In this document: positions 1-14,700 of the stretch, one piece after another
Layout: every line of letters begins with the position of its first letter
Numbering within the stretch: the first letter of the stretch is position 1
Origin: Blasia pusilla
Taxonomy: Eukaryota
Assembly: GCA_050084515.1 (NCBI GenBank)
Contig: CM114271.1
Span: 49,414,001 to 49,478,000 of the forward strand
Direction: 5' to 3'
Length of the DNA stretch: 64,000 nt
Position numbers and translations under genes: made by a program
The notes under the pieces: model-generated
Seen by the model: the letters and a program-made list of their open reading frames with translations, nothing else
Databases searched by the model: none
What the model was told of the DNA's origin: nothing

Positions 1-249
1 ATTGTTGTATCATTGGTACTTTGGTGTAAAATTTGATTTGTATATGTTGCGCACAATATATAAACACTCTGGTGAATGTGAATGCACGTTAATTGAGTGA
101 ATACGTGGAAAGATAAAATAAGAGATTGCCAAAGGTAACAAGATAGATGAAGTAGTATTGAAGTTGTTAGTGCCTCCATTGCTCTCATATCTCTCTTTCA
201 AGATAATGAAAGCATATGGAATCACTATAGGGTGGATGATGGTAGCTCA

Positions 250-620
250 TTCCCTACATATGACTCACGTATAGCATCTACATTTCTATCACAAAAATCT
301 TACCAAGATAAATCTCGTAGTCAAATCTCTTACGTGGGAATCCTTGTAGATATTTTTCAATTAGATTATGGCATTTTGGATGAGCTTATTTTGCTTATGA
401 GAGGCAAGTAGGTTCAATCATCCCATAATAGGCTTGATGCTATAATGATCCATGATGAAAATGGTTTTCTCTTGGCAGAATTTAGAAGATTCCTACCATG
501 TAACTCAGATCCTTTTGTTTTTCCCAGCCAAGTCAAACAAGTATTTTATGCCCCTATTGAGGAACAACCTGGTTGGAAAGTTGTTATGCAGAAAGCTGCC
601 CGATCTTGACGAGTAGTTGG
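250..620 (+). pseudogene. CACTA TnpD transposase C-terminal (DUF4216-like) remnant
   Basis: Translation from 331: YVGILVDIFQLDYG...GK*V...HDENGFLLAEF...SDPFVFPSQVKQVFYAP...PGWKVVMQ. This matches the YxG..I.LxY / D..GF / EPF...Q..QVFY / W.VV pattern; it has internal stops. Confidence 0.8.
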
Positions 621-2956
621 GTGGAGGCCACACATATGCACTAATGATCATGTGGACCTAGGGGGGATGAAGGCTTCAACAAGCTTGTAAATGGAAATGC
701 CAAACATTTCTCTAGCTGATGCAATCCACTTATCAAATGTTGAATTAGATCTAGCCTCTATAGAATTATATTTACGACTAGTGAAGAACTGGGTGAAAGT
801 TCCAAAGACAACGATGAGATCAGAAGTAACTCTCATAGTGAGTAAGGAAGTGCATTTTGTAATACACTAATAAGCTTAATCTATCTAGATCAAATCAAAT
901 GCATGATCCAAGTATGATAAGAGTTGGCTATGAATATTTTGATGGTGATGGTGATGGTTCAAGGTCTTGTGTATGTCTTTATAATGAGGTATATGGATTA
1001 ATCAACCTAATGTTGCTATAATCTAATCTTCATCACAAATTGCTAATTTGAAGTTATGGGCATACCTTTGCTTATGCAAGAAGTATCTGACTTTTTGTGG
1101 AAAGCTATTGTGACGTGGGTTTTTATTTCAGGATGCAGATTAATTATAGAGTCAAGTGGGGTTGAAGAGTCGAATAGTGGAGATAATCTAACCACTTTTG
1201 GATCCAAATTTTGTACAAATGATGTAGGAACAATATTGTTGGAGGAGGCAAACATAGAGTACTTCAAGCTGAGAGAGTGAGAGCAACAACACGTCTCCTT
1301 GTTGCCAAGTGGAGATTTGAATCACCTTAGATCTCATGAAAAATGTCATCATTCTAGTTATTTAACATTGTATTCTATGTTAGTGAATAGATGTTCCGAA
1401 TACTTCCATGAGTTTTTCTGCCATTAAGGAGTTTCATATCCCTAGATTGTTTGCTCTTTCCTTGGGCATCTAAAGTATTATTATCTTACATAGTGTTTTG
1501 TAGGTCAATTTTTCTAAAAGAGATACTTAAAGCGAAAGCAACTTTAGTATATGCTAGAAGAAGGTTACATACATCAACACTTAAAGTCCATTTCATTCGC
1601 CAACGGTGCTTACAATTAAAGATGGATCAATTTGGGTCTTCACATGGTGAAGCCAATCTCTTTACATGTTACATTCTTAATGAAATCTTATCTAATAATA
1701 TATTCTTTTGTTTAGCAAGGCCAGTTCCTCCAAGTTGGGTTCCAATTGGAAACTTGTATCCACCCCACCCATCACAGGGATTCAATGTACCAAAACCTAC
1801 TCATGATCACCCATCAAAAGAAGCTCATGAGTGGAGAGACCAGCAAACCCGCTTGGTAAGTTTGCAGTTATAGATCAATACCTGACACAATGATTTGAAA
1901 TTCTGGACGCATCCATTCTTACCCATAAGAAATCCTCTTGTCTATAGATTTTATAGCTTTATCTAACTTCTCATTTGTTTGTTGTAGACTCATATGTCAA
2001 GAGTATGCATCACAAGAATATTATACCTAATTAAGATACCGATGTAGTCTCCATAATGGAAAATATCCAATCTGCGTGTAGCTATGATATCTCTTGGGGA
2101 TTTTACACCTGAGATTTGGCTTTAATATTGGCTTTCACGATTATTGATCAATGCACACATGTGTTTTTTTATATAGAGTTGTACGACAACTTTGACCCAT
2201 AGGATATATGCCATGGAGAAAGAAAGCGCATTAACAAAGACGGATATTTTTTATATCAAGGAGAACATTGCTCATATGATGGCAATGTTGTCAAAGATGA
2301 CTCAAGTGGTGCCTGAAAACACCACTAGTCCTCATCCAAAAGTGGTAGTTCCAACTCCATCCCCTTATTTCCCTTCCATGTGTTTCCAAGGATGTGAATC
2401 GTTCCTTGGCATCAAAATCAAAAGAAAATCCAGGAGACCCTGATATGGATTTAAAAGGAGATTCTAGAGGTAATCCGAGTCCTTTTTTTTATTGATGATG
2501 TCGAGAGCAATGTGGAGGTGATAAAGAAGAGTACAATTGAGCCAATTGTTTCCCATGCTTATAGTCTTACAATAGAGATAACTAGCCAAGATGTTGAAGT
2601 TCTAGAGCTTATGAACAATAAGACAAATGCTTCGAAGAAAAAGAAAAAAAGGAAGCAATCTTCACTCAATGAGAGGAGAGAGAAGAACATTGTAAGTAAT
2701 TGATTTTGATGTCTATTGCTTAATCATTTCCTTGTATACACATTGAAGAAATTCAGGAATATTGATTTGAAGTGATTTGGCTTTGGAGAAGTTTTTGGAA
2801 GGTGCATTCTCGATTCCTATATACTCATACAATATTCCCCACAATGGTTGGAGTATTGTGAAGGTAACTATTTAAGATAAATTTTGTAGTGTGGCTTGGC
2901 TGAATTTGCAAATACGGTATAACAATTAATTCATGTATGTGTGGTCATGCATGCAG

Positions 2957-3220
2957 TTCACAGTAGGGGACGAGATGTTTCTTTCAAAGAGTCGTAAAGG
3001 TTGGGAACATGTGGTAGTGGGAAAGATCTCCGACATTGCAGGAAGAGATAAATATCATGGTAGCTTGATACCCTTGGGATGTGTAAAGGTGGATGTGGTC
3101 ACAGTGCATGATCCAAAATCCAAACTACAATATCTCAACCATGATGATGATCCCCCACAAACCTAGTTTGTGCACTAGGTTCCTAAAATTTTGTGGCCAT
3201 AGAGATCATTGAAAAATTTG
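2957..3220 (+). pseudogene. CACTA Tnp1/En/Spm-like (TnpA-associated) domain exon
   Basis: VGDEMFL...VVVGKISDIAGRDKYHGSLIPLGCVKVDVVTVHDPKSKLQY...DDDPPQT, preceded by a TGCAG acceptor. Paralogous to 60359-60634. Confidence 0.65.
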
Positions 3221-4494
3221 TAAGCTTTCCACTTGCTCATACTTTCTAGTCTTCTTTCTTTAGCTAATTACTTTCACTTACCAAGAACTTAGAGTATAAA
3301 GGGTAGTTTCAATCTTGGTTAGTGCCTTACCTCATATATCTTGAACGTATAACCTCCAATGTATGCACTGTATTTGACTTTCATGAAAAGTACTTGATTT
3401 TTTTGCCTCACTAAATGGTACTTAACGAAGTTTTGAATACAAATATGAATTATCACATTATCTACTTGCTTTCAGATTTACTCTCTCATGAACCATCTAC
3501 TTTATAAAATTGGACTAGTATTAATTATTTTCTTTTCATCTAGTATTGTTGGACTTGTACTTTACGGATACTACCCTTTTCAAATCAGGAGTATGTTTAA
3601 GTGTGTAGTCTCCATTTATTCATACCATAAAATTGATTGGAAATGCATGTCATATCATTTTAATTGGCTTTCAAACAAATGGAACCAAACACTGATGAAG
3701 GAAGATTATTATGTTGAATATGCTTTGTTGTGTTCCATGACTTTTCTCTTCTAGCAAGAATGTCCCAAAAGATATATTCTTATTTCCCATTTGCTGATCT
3801 AATATACAACTAAAAGAAGTGAACTATTGCCACTAATAAGAGTTAAAAATTAGTGGATACAATTGAAACTAGTCATAAAATTAACTACCAATGTTAGAGA
3901 TACAACTCCACATATTAGTCAAATTACCCATTCTCACTACATCTAGTATCAATACTACGTGGGTTTAAGTGGATATGATGACATTTTTCATCATATCCAT
4001 CCAATGATAAATGTGTTGAATAAATACTAGGAAAAAATAAAACTAGGATTAGTATAGTTAAAGCACATATCACTGCAAATCCAACAAGTGGACAAATAAC
4101 ATGATTACAAGTACATCAAGTTAGAATCTTGTAACTATTTTTAGTCTAAAAAAACCAAACAAAAAACTAAGATTAGTATGTTACACGACCAATTGTGTCT
4201 ACGTGGCACTTAATAGATCATTCCATGTCATCATAGTAAAATTTCCATGTCATACTCACTATGTGGGTCATGAGGATATTCCAAACCTTTAAATCTTGCC
4301 ACATCATCAAAACATGCTTGCGTTGTCATATTGCCAACATGGAACTTTACAACTAGAAGTCCTAAGCAACGAGTCCTTTAATACTAGAAGTCTATAGTTT
4401 TAAATCTCAGTTACTAGTGGCTATAAGTAGTCCTTTGCAACTATGCATAGTTGTATACTCTAGTGGCAAAAAGGGTATTTTCTTTCTAGTGATG

Positions 4495-5230
4495 GAGGTA
4501 ATGCCAAGTTTCTTCAATTCTTGTCCTTGATACAAAACCACATTCCAAGTCAGTCGCAACTTTACTTATATCCGGGGGAATGTTTTGTAGTTGAGAATGG
4601 TGCAATGGAATTCATTGCTGATGATGCTCAAATTATCTATATCCATCGCAATGATGTAAATATATTCAATCGTGTTTCTTTAAGGGAGATCTTTGGCGAG
4701 TGTGAAATTCTTCTTGTGAATGTTATAACTGATCATAGATGCCGCCCCTACTATTCCAAAATTGAAGGATTGGTTATCAAATAAAAATTTTCATCAAATA
4801 CCATTCATTGATCTTGGATAGAAAGTTCTTTTGAAATCTAATATTGATCTCAAAAGACAAGCATCTAATGGGTCTACCGCCACTGTTGTCGATTTAGCAT
4901 TCAAGGATGATTTACTCACTACAGTGCTTGTAAAGTTGGAGTCAAATCGTGAAGTCATTAAAGTATGGAGATCCAAATTTTACACACTAAGATATGGACC
5001 CGATCAAAATTTTACTAAATGATCTTTTCCACTAGCGTTGGGATATGCAATTACGAGACACAAAAGTCAAGGACTAATTGTATTCGGCAAGTGTCTGCTC
5101 ACGATTAAATAGGTTTTTGCACCTATATTGTTGTATCTGATGTTATCCATAGTAAAATTCAGGTCTAACATGAGAATTCTAGGCCGAATCAAACCTGTTG
5201 ATTTTCAAGTGTTTGGACAGAGTGGTTTCG
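4495..5230 (+). pseudogene. PIF1/RecD-like SF1B helicase C-terminal half (Helitron- or TE-type), 5' end interrupted by the CACTA element
   Basis: KVLLKSNIDLKRQASNGSTATVV, then FPLALGYAITRHKSQGL (5026-5076) and FAP..LYLMLS.V correspond to PIF1 motifs IV-VI. Contains stops and frameshifts. Confidence 0.8.
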
Positions 5231-6349
5231 GCACTTCATAAGTTTAACTTGTTTCTTGGATATTTTTTGTTTTGAAGTATGTCATCTTATGAAAGTGTTT
5301 GCAAACTTCATGGAAAGGAGGTTGCCATGGTCTAACTTGGCCCTGATGCTCCTACCAAAACGTTGACTCCAGTAAATGCCATTCATTAGAACCCAATTCT
5401 ACTAAGCAACGATAATGTCAACATAGATCCATATGAAGACAATACTACAAGCTTTGATTCTCATCGTGTACAAAAGATGCAGTAGGCATAGGTTGGCTAC
5501 CACTTGCTACCTGTTTTTTAATGCTAAGAAATTTGTTGGAACAATGCTAACATAATTGTGAAGAGGTACCAAGAATACTATGAAATCTTCATTCTTTAAC
5601 CTTAGCACTTCCTTATGGGTTCTTGAGAGGGACAATGCAATAGAAGTATGGTCATTACTGCGTAGGATGAATACTTATACATTTAAGGAGCCTATGCAGA
5701 TGAAAGTTAGTTTGTATCCTACATGTGGTAGGTCCATCCTTATTAATATGGCTGAACTTAGAGCTGAAGTTGGCATTGACTAATTAAGGTCTGGTTCTAG
5801 CGTTTTGTTATCTGTGTTCCCAGAACGTTGGTTGATAACCTAGGTTGTCTAAGAATTTCATCTGGTTTTCAATGGGAGATATGAAACGTGGACAAACATC
5901 CTGTTGTTAAGCATTTATGTCTTCCAAAATCATGCTTACAAAGTCCAAGTAATTGCTTGGAACTTGCAAGACTATATTATACTATTAATAATAATATTAA
6001 CATTCTATAGTAGTTCTTTTCCTCATGTTGTGTTTGTTCTTTGTGGAATAGAAAATCATGACGTCACGGAGTAACACAGTGAAAAGATAAGGCTATAAGA
6101 AATCATCCCAAGCCACTTATACAATGCAGGCTTCCTCGGTTGCACAAGGACTTCCTCTCTTCGAACATGAACCAAACCCAACTCCCCAATAATTGCCGAC
6201 ATACCATTGTCTCCATCACACATTGAAGTTCCTTTACAACAAGTAACATACAATGATGAGTAGGTTTGTTATTGGACAAACAAGATAGGGGTTGCCAATC
6301 GATGAAAATGATCTTAGTAGGTCTCATACTACAAATCAATACAAAGCGC

Positions 6350-6416
6350 TCTATTGGTGGGATATAGGCAGATCAACTTCACCAGTCAGTTGATCTGCCT
6401 ATATCCCACCAATAGA
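6350..6416. repeat. Perfect hairpin, 29-bp arms, 9-nt loop
   Basis: TCTATTGGTGGGATATAGGCAGATCAACT-tcaccagtc-AGTTGATCTGCCTATATCCCACCAATAGA. Confidence 0.95.
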
Positions 6417-9400
6417 AGATCTTGATCTCATTATGAGACTTCCACTTGACATTCTAGTAGATCTTTTGTTTGCCAAAGTAGGTCACTTACTATGAAGAAT
6501 GAAATCCACAGTGGACAACGGTTCCATCTCACATTTTTCCACAATTTATAACAAATATTCACTAATTGAAAGTGCTCAGATGCAGAGTAAAAACTTGCAA
6601 CCATCAATTGGTGGCATTAGTGTATATGATGTGAAGCAATGTGGAAGTAGTTCCTGTGTTGCTCCAATTGTCTACCGCAGTGAATCATTGTCCGAGTCAC
6701 CCAATAAACGGAAGTGTGTTCAATGTTGCAATTGGATAACCAACTCTTCTATGCTTCAATTCATATTTCTAAATGCTTTAATAGCCATGCTCTATGTTGA
6801 CTATTGCAACATGTTTAACTACTAAATTTTGTACCTACTTCAGCTATGGCATGTGGGGACAACATCCATATCATCGTTATATCGGTTTAAACAAACACCT
6901 TGCTATGCAATTCCACATAAAACTTTTCTTTGAAATCTCCATCAATTTTGATATCCAAATGTAGACTTGTATCCAAGTTTCTCCAATCATTTGATTTGCA
7001 TATGGTGTTGGTGAAACTAGCCAATCTCCTAGTAAGCTTACTTTTATCACAACTACTTCTACGTTGCTTACTTGATATTTTGTTGTCAATGGAGATCTAA
7101 GTACGTGCGCTACGCAAATAATTTATAGTCATAATCTATTTGTGTATTGTGCTCAAATACTCAATTGAGTTTACCTCTATGTATGTTAGGTTGTGTACGT
7201 TCTGATTGAACATTATGTGAAAAAAATCTCCCGACCTGATCCATGATGTTGTTTACCGTCTCATTATGATATTTAAAATGAATGCATTTTCAAAGGAACT
7301 CGCTCAATCTTAATATATATGGTTGCGAGGCTTTTATGTACACTCCACTTTTTGTGCGTTAGCAACTCTGCCGATAACTATATACTAATTGCTCAATCAA
7401 ATTTGCCATGGACCCGCCATTGGTCAGGGAACTTAAGGGTATCTATTTCTCCTCAGTACTATTCCGCTTATTGGAAATTATATAAAGTGTTACATTTTTT
7501 CCACCACTAGATGTACCTTGGTAGTGATCTTTTGTCCCTTTACTCTGTGTTTTTTTTTTGTACTCGTATGGCAAGATGGTGCAATCAACATTCTTCATAC
7601 TTATATCAGTTACGTAGAAAATTCCACACTAGCGCTGTTAATGCTTAAGCTACAAAGTTTCACTCCCCACCTTCCTTAGTTCATTGTACAAGATCTAATG
7701 TGCTCTGTGTTATTTTGCTATTCACTAATATGATTTTATGATCTATGTTATGTATTGCAGCAAATCCCTTCCACGCGAGCACCCTTTGATCCGTCTTGCG
7801 ATGACGATACAATGGTCAAGCAAGCAAAGTGTAGGAGAAGGAGGCGATATGTGGTCAAATCTTCAAGAGAAACACTTGGATGACATTACAATTGATATGC
7901 TGGAAGAGGAAAATACCCTTGTATACTTGTATGAGACAACCTTGTCTAACATTGAAGTTTTGTGAGAGAAGTATGATGACTCACAGAGTTAGCTTGAGAT
8001 TGTTAACATGTTGCTGAAAACCACCAATGAAGATGAGAAGTACAATGTTGATTTTATTGTACAACTAAAATCCACTTTGAAAGAGTTAAAGATGGATGTA
8101 CATATATTTGTGAATATGATAAAGATCGTGATACACATGTGAAAGCAAATCAGTCACTTGCTTCTTGCAAAACCGTCTAAGTTTTTTGCGTAGTTAATCT
8201 CATAGCGCGATAGTTCACTTTTTCTAAAGTGTATTGAGACAACACTTTTTGTTGAACACCGTCCTCTTCCAGTTGACATATTTGAATAGCGCATACATGT
8301 TTTAGCTTTTATGTGCGTAAGCTTAGTAGCTACAAACTATGGATTCATCGATAACGTCCATGTTGTTTGTTTTCGGATAATATCAATGTGTACTTATGTG
8401 TTTCAGATTGTTTTACATTCGTCCCTTATGCTGCAAGATTATGAGTTTTCATGTCATGGCAGTCTCTATCTTTTTTATCGAGCATCTTTTCGCACTGCAA
8501 TATGTACCCATAAATTCTTAGTTGCCATTCCTATTGTGCTTTCGTAATTTCATATGGATGCTAATGGTTGAGTCAATAATGTTGTCCCGTACACATCATA
8601 AGACTATTAATATATTAGTTTGCCATCATTATACTTTCTATGCTTCCCCACTATGCTAGGTATCTCAAATTCTGATTGTTTCAATAGGCAGTTATTTAAA
8701 CATCACCCATGTTGCAATTCGCCACAATGAGGACTGCTATTAGTCTATTCTAAATATAGTTGCCTTCATCTTAAGTTGCGATTCTCAACACCCATTTTTA
8801 TTTATCCAATTGCTTCCATAACGAGTATGCGGCCCCTTTTTAGGATTTTGAGTTTTATAACGGATTTCGGAACACACTAGGAACAGTCGAGAGTAACACA
8901 ACACGAATATGATCCCGATTCGGACTAACACGATAGTAGGCATAGGGAGTAACACACTGAAATCTTGAATAACAAAGCGCGCCGTATGTTTGGAGTGAAT
9001 CGGGACACGGCTAAAGAAGGCTAGGAATAACATTGTGGATACTATTCCGTATTAATGAGAGAATTAATATTATCATGGATGCTTGGCAAAATGCAAGTTA
9101 TCCGATAATAACTTGCATTTTTCATGCTCTGCACTTGGAGTTGACTTCTTGTAGTGGTCGTAATCAAATACGTAAAAACCGCCCATATTGCACAGTGCCG
9201 CACTCAAACCTGCTATAGGGAAAATGAGTCTCTTCTCACAGAGTGCGTTACATACTAAACTGAGCTCCCCGACCACCACGGACTTGTTTCAAATTTAAAA
9301 ACATCCACACATCGGCAAAGAAATACATACCACCACAAACTATCTATGGCACATCTTCATAATTCTCCAACCTCGCCTTCAACAGACTTCGGCACTACCG

Positions 9401-10728
9401 TGCCAACGCCCCAAACTATCTACAACACTTCTTCACAGTTGCGCAACCTCTACTACAAACACGTTCCGCCACCAACAGTTGTTTCATAATGTCGTAATAC
9501 CATTTCTTTATCACCCATAATGTGAGAAAGGGGGCTGCATACTTGTTCATCTCCTATATTCTTATCCCAAGATGAGGAGTCCCGTGCTTGATATACATGC
9601 CATAATGCTATGATGACGGTATCAAATGTTGAGGGCAATTGAATCAGATTTCAACCGGCCACCCCTAAAACAACCCTATCTCCCCGTTCCTAGCTGTCTA
9701 CCCCACCAGATTTCCGAACAGAATACAAACACCGGAAAAGAGCAGCTTTCATCCTCAAGAAAAAGCGCACAAAGCAATTGTACGACGTGGCGCACATGTG
9801 CGGTCATGTTCACAAGGCTAGGAGAGGCGGACACACGGACACCAGCGTAGCACCGAAAAAGGCGGTCCACGAGCGAGCTCAGGGGATTCTGAGGGGAATA
9901 TGGGCTATGGTCACCACTTGACGGTCACAAGTCGAGTGCACCAGCCTCTAAACGCTCTGGTCGACTGCAATAGGAATTGCGGCTTCTTGAATTCCCACCA
10001 TGCCACCAACTTCAGGCGGTGGGTAGTGGTACAAACGGTCGAGCCCACACTTGGGAGGTCCTCCATAGCTTGACATAGCCTAGCTCGGGCCCCTTTGTCC
10101 TAGACTGCTGGCAGATGGGCATCTCGAGACAGAAGGGGCCGTGGTGGATGAATTTAAATGAGGTCTGGGAATGCAGTTTTTTAGCGGAAATGGGCCCACG
10201 AATCGTCCGAAATCTTGAACAAACGACACTCGCGTAGAATTGAGCCGGGACAAGAGAATTTCGCGTCGTAAATACCCTTCATGCTCATGATGGGTGAGAA
10301 AGTCTACGGGCTAGAAATCGATTGCTTCGCAATTGGGGGTTTCTTTCACTTCGGGCAGTTGTGATCTTGAAGTTCAATGTTCTTTGAGTCCATTTTCTTT
10401 TTAAATTCTGGATGGGTTATCCAGTCTATAGTTTATTTTTCCACCCAAACTAAGAACTAATGTGATTCCTATTCATTATGTTTACAGATTTGAAAATGTG
10501 TGACCACTTTTTCGTGTAAAGTGAGACGACGAGAAGATGTGAAGATTTGACGTGATACATGGTATAATTTTAGATCCGTCTATGGATAGAGCACGGAGAG
10601 AGGCAGGTAAGGAAAATCAATGGAATCTTTTGGAAAAAAAGTATAAACAGATCAAAGATTTGAATTGTTGACAGAGTTAAGTCTCTTTCTTCCTTCGTTC
10701 AAACTGGATTATTCTTACCTATAACGAG

Positions 10729-11200
10729 AACTAGTTAGCATGCCCGAGCTATGCTAACTAGTTTTTCATAATTTTAAAATATTTTTCATTTCAAAATTCA
10801 AGTATTAATTTTTAAATTTCAAAAGAGCAATAAATTTTCACTTTTAAATAATATCCAACTCCTCTAATTGATTTCACTCCTCCGTAAAAAGTTTGAAAAA
10901 CACCCACTCTTCCCACCAAATTAATATTCACTAACTAAATTCTTAGTTAATTTTAATTAATGAAATTACTTTCCTTTTCCATCAAAATTCATTTTCCTTT
11001 CTCGTCAAATATGAATTCAGGAAAAAAAACTGATTTTAAATCTGTTTTAGTTATCCACCTTATTATCACTTAGGATCATCCGTTCTAATATAAAATTATC
11101 AAATTATCAAAATTAATTGATGAATAACTAGGATACAGTCTTGAGGAGGAATTTGAGAGTTAGTTATAATACTCGTGTGAAAGACAGGACACATGGATAG
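10729..11200 (-). repeat. AT-rich dispersed repeat with possible Helitron-like 3' end (hairpin + CTAG)
   Basis: The minus strand ends GCATAGCTCGGGCATGCTAACTAG|T at ~10731. The body is an inverted relative of the AT-rich repeats at 15100-15700, 16545-17100 and 24500-24860 (shared GGAGTGAAATTA-like motifs). Confidence 0.4.
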
Positions 11201-11949
11201 GTTAGATAGTTAGAAAAAAAAACAGCTATTGTATGTAGAGGCTGTAGAAATATTTGTACTCTTTCACTCAAATTCATTCTCTAATGCTATCCATCTAGTG
11301 TGATTCAAACATCCGGCAAAAAAATTCAAACATATTCCTATTTTGTCTTATTAGCCCATTATTTTGTCTTACTAGCTTATTTTGTTGTCTTATTAGCCTA
11401 TTATTTTGTCTTATTATACTTATAAGGTCGCCCATTCTAAGATAGATGTGCATTTTATGTCCATGTAGGACTTTGAAGATGTCCTTCTTCAAGTTTATGT
11501 GAAAATAATTAACCAAACCTATTACATCACAATGAAAAAATTATGTCTAAAAGGTTGCACTAGACTTAAGATCACATAGAATCCGTAAGGTTTGAACTCT
11601 AAAGTAAATGCCAAAGATTCTTGACCAGAATATTTATTCTTGTCGGGTTCCACTTAGTAAAATCCAATTTATTATAAAAAAATTTCAAAAGAGGATAAAG
11701 AAAGGTAATGACATCTCAAGAAGGGAAGGAGTGAAGAATTGTAAAATGAAATGCAAAAAGAAAATGATAGGACAACACAAAAAAACCAACTCAACAAGCA
11801 ATACAATTAATAGCTTGAAATAAATGTAACAAGAATACTAAGTCTAGTGATTGGTCAAACAGAAATGGATAAGGAAGTGAGTTACCACCAACCATTTCGG
11901 CTTGACGTATCAACACCAAACCTTCTCCATGTTATAAAGCCATTGAGAT

Positions 11950-14700
11950 GCATTGCCCAAAATAAGTAGTGACTACATACTAGTACATAGAGAATGTGCA
12001 ATAGCAAAGAGTCGGCCATCCATGCCTTGGGATCACCTTGATGCTTGCCACATGTTGATTGGAGAATATAATTATATTCTTTGGAAGAAGCACGTTTGTT
12101 AGAATAATTGATGGGCATATCATAGGCATAGAAGGAGCAAAAAAATGGAATGAGACTCACAAGTTATCCTCAAATAGAGTGCAACTTCTTGAATATGGCC
12201 ACACGACATAATTGAATATGTTAGCCACATCAACTTGAATTTCTATCCTTTCTAGATGAATATCAAGAGTGGTCCAGGAGCGTATCCCATGAACCACAAC
12301 CTCACAACCATCAAGGATGGGCACTCCAAATTGATGAGGAAATAAGTGGGCGCTAAAGCGAGGATGAAACTATGAGCACAATCATAAACTACCCAAGTGA
12401 TATATATTAAACCTCTCTAATACCCAAAGGGAAAACATTAGAAGAAGACTTATCTATAGCCAATAAAAAGAAGCCCTCGAGAGCCTAGAGATAGAGTACG
12501 GTAATCAATCTGTCGCATGTGCAAAGTGCAAAAACCTTATATAGAGAGATAAAGCCACTTGGAGAATATGTCATGAGAAAGGAATCATGAAGATGTTGAT
12601 AAACCATGCTTGATATCTCACCTACATATAAGGAAGGAGTATGAAGAAAATCCATTGTGAAACTTCCAAGTCAAAATCCGATGTATAATATTCAGTAAAA
12701 TATGGTGCGTCACCAATTGAAGGAGGTTAAAAAGCTTCTAAGAGTGCCACTATATCCCCAGTTGGAATCATCATAGAGGGAGGACCCATAGCAATGCTTG
12801 ATTTGCACATGAAAACTCACCAACTTGCCTCAAAATTTGGCTACATTGAAGGCATTGTTGTATTGAAGGCCTCCCATAATTGGCATGTTAAGTGAGATGA
12901 TTTGTTGCCAAGGCCTTTGCTCGAAGTAAATGCTCATTTTAAAGATTCTCCCAATCTCCAAACATAATTAAAGCATTGAATACGCAAGGAGGTTTTGCAA
13001 TGACCCATCACATCATCCCTTGGAGGGAGAACTAAGACCAACTATATATAATTAGGGGAAGAGTAATATTAAGAGATACCAAAATGTAGACATATGTGGA
13101 ATCACGCGTTAACCTTTATAATGGGAGAAGAAATATTTTTGGGTAATGGGGCACAGAGCATAGCAATATGTCTGTAGAGTCAAGGAAGAGGGAGACTTGG
13201 ATATCGATGGAAAGAGCGAAGGCGTTCATTTTGGCTTAAACAAGTCCAAGCAGCTGTTGTGGGGAGAGCAATAGGAGGTGGCAATGGATTAGGGATTGAA
13301 GGCCTATACATAAATTTACAATGTTGTTGATATTTTTTTATCCCATTGGATCGTTGAAAAACTTCTTAACACAAGGTATGGAATAAACTTTTGGAAAAAA
13401 TATAGAAGAAGAATTCAAGGGTTACAAGGAGAGTGTGGGAAGTGAATGAGATGATAAACGATAATCAAGGGGTAAATAGGTTGGGGAAGGAGGATGAAGA
13501 AGAGGAGGAGGTAAGGTTAGAAAATATGGGAGTTGGGGGCAAGTGTCCATATGAGATATAAGAGGATGGAAAAATATTTAGAATTTGGTAATATTAGATC
13601 TAGATTAAGATAAATAGGAAGAGACAAAGAGGGGATAAGAGGAGGATATGGAAGAAATATCAAGAGTGTAATGGATGAATGAGTATCAATAGGAAAATGG
13701 AAAGATGTATCATGAAGAGGATAACCAAGAGGAGAGGTTATGGTTGAAGAAGGGCGTATAAAACTATACAAGCAAAGAGATGGATTATCCAACCCCATAT
13801 CCATATAATCTAAAGCAAACATGACATTCAAGACAACAAGAGAAAAATAATTTGTTTTCTCCTCAAAGTATTAGGATAACAAACGTAATCAAAATAGTGG
13901 AATCCATCCAAAATAGATATAGACGGAGAGAATAAGATTAGACCAAGGAGAATTTATGATTGAAAGTCATTTTAAGAAATATAAGAAGCAATTGAAAAGG
14001 AGAAGTGATCTATATGGTGTTAAAAATAGTACCTTAAGAATATGAATATATAATGCCCTTAAGGAGATAGAGAATGTAGGGAGGGATGAAGTAATAAGGT
14101 GCATTAGTGAAATTACAAGGAAGATGTATGAGAGGAATTGATCCAAAACAAACCTACACACAAAAATAGGCACCGATGGATAAAAGATTATATTAAAGAA
14201 GAAAACTAGAAAACCCACATGACATGAAAAGAACGAGCTTACGAAGACGGTTGTAACAAGTTTTAGACCAAGCACAACAAAGAAATTGGAAACTCCAAAA
14301 AAGAAGATATGAGGAGAAAGTGAAACCTTCCCATCGATGATTAATATGAAGGGATGAGGTTGTCATGGTAGACCTAGAAAGTAGCAAAAGATTGAGAAAA
14401 GTAAGGGGAATCCTTTGAACTAATTGTAGACTGAAATCGCACTATAAGAATATATGCATTTAAGAATCTATGAGCTGCTCATGAGAGAAGGAGGTCCAAA
14501 TTAAAGATCCTAAAAACCTGAGCATGAGTGAAAAAAAAGAAAAACCCAAATTTAAGGCTTGAGAAGATAAACAAGTTGAGTCTAGGATTAAAAAGTTGGC
14601 CCAAAATTGAAGTAGTCACTACCAAAACACTCAACGGTCCTCCTCCTCCACATTGCTCCTTCCCTTCCAAATTCCCCTAACTTTCATAATCCATTCCAGA
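11950..14700 (-). mobile_element. Old, heavily decayed CRE-clade non-LTR retrotransposon (RT remnant)
   Basis: Minus-strand HLFPHQFGVPILDGCEVVVHG (HQFGV at 12322-12336), QVDVANIFN, LIPFFCSFYA and GKHQGDP are collinear with the RT of the copy at 21-23.5 kb. The 5' limit is approximate. Confidence 0.75.

Larger units (their letters stand above)
1..4491 (+). mobile_element. CACTA/EnSpm DNA transposon, 3' part (decayed)
   Basis: Contains a TnpD C-terminal remnant (250-620) and a Tnp1/TnpA-like exon (2957-3220). CCACTA/TAGTGG-type subterminal repeats lie at ~3830-4470, and the terminus ...TTTTCTTTCTAGTG ends at 4491. Confidence 0.75.

Noticed and set aside
8760-10300. Possible minus-strand host gene
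   Set aside because: Frames are broken and no domain was recognisable.
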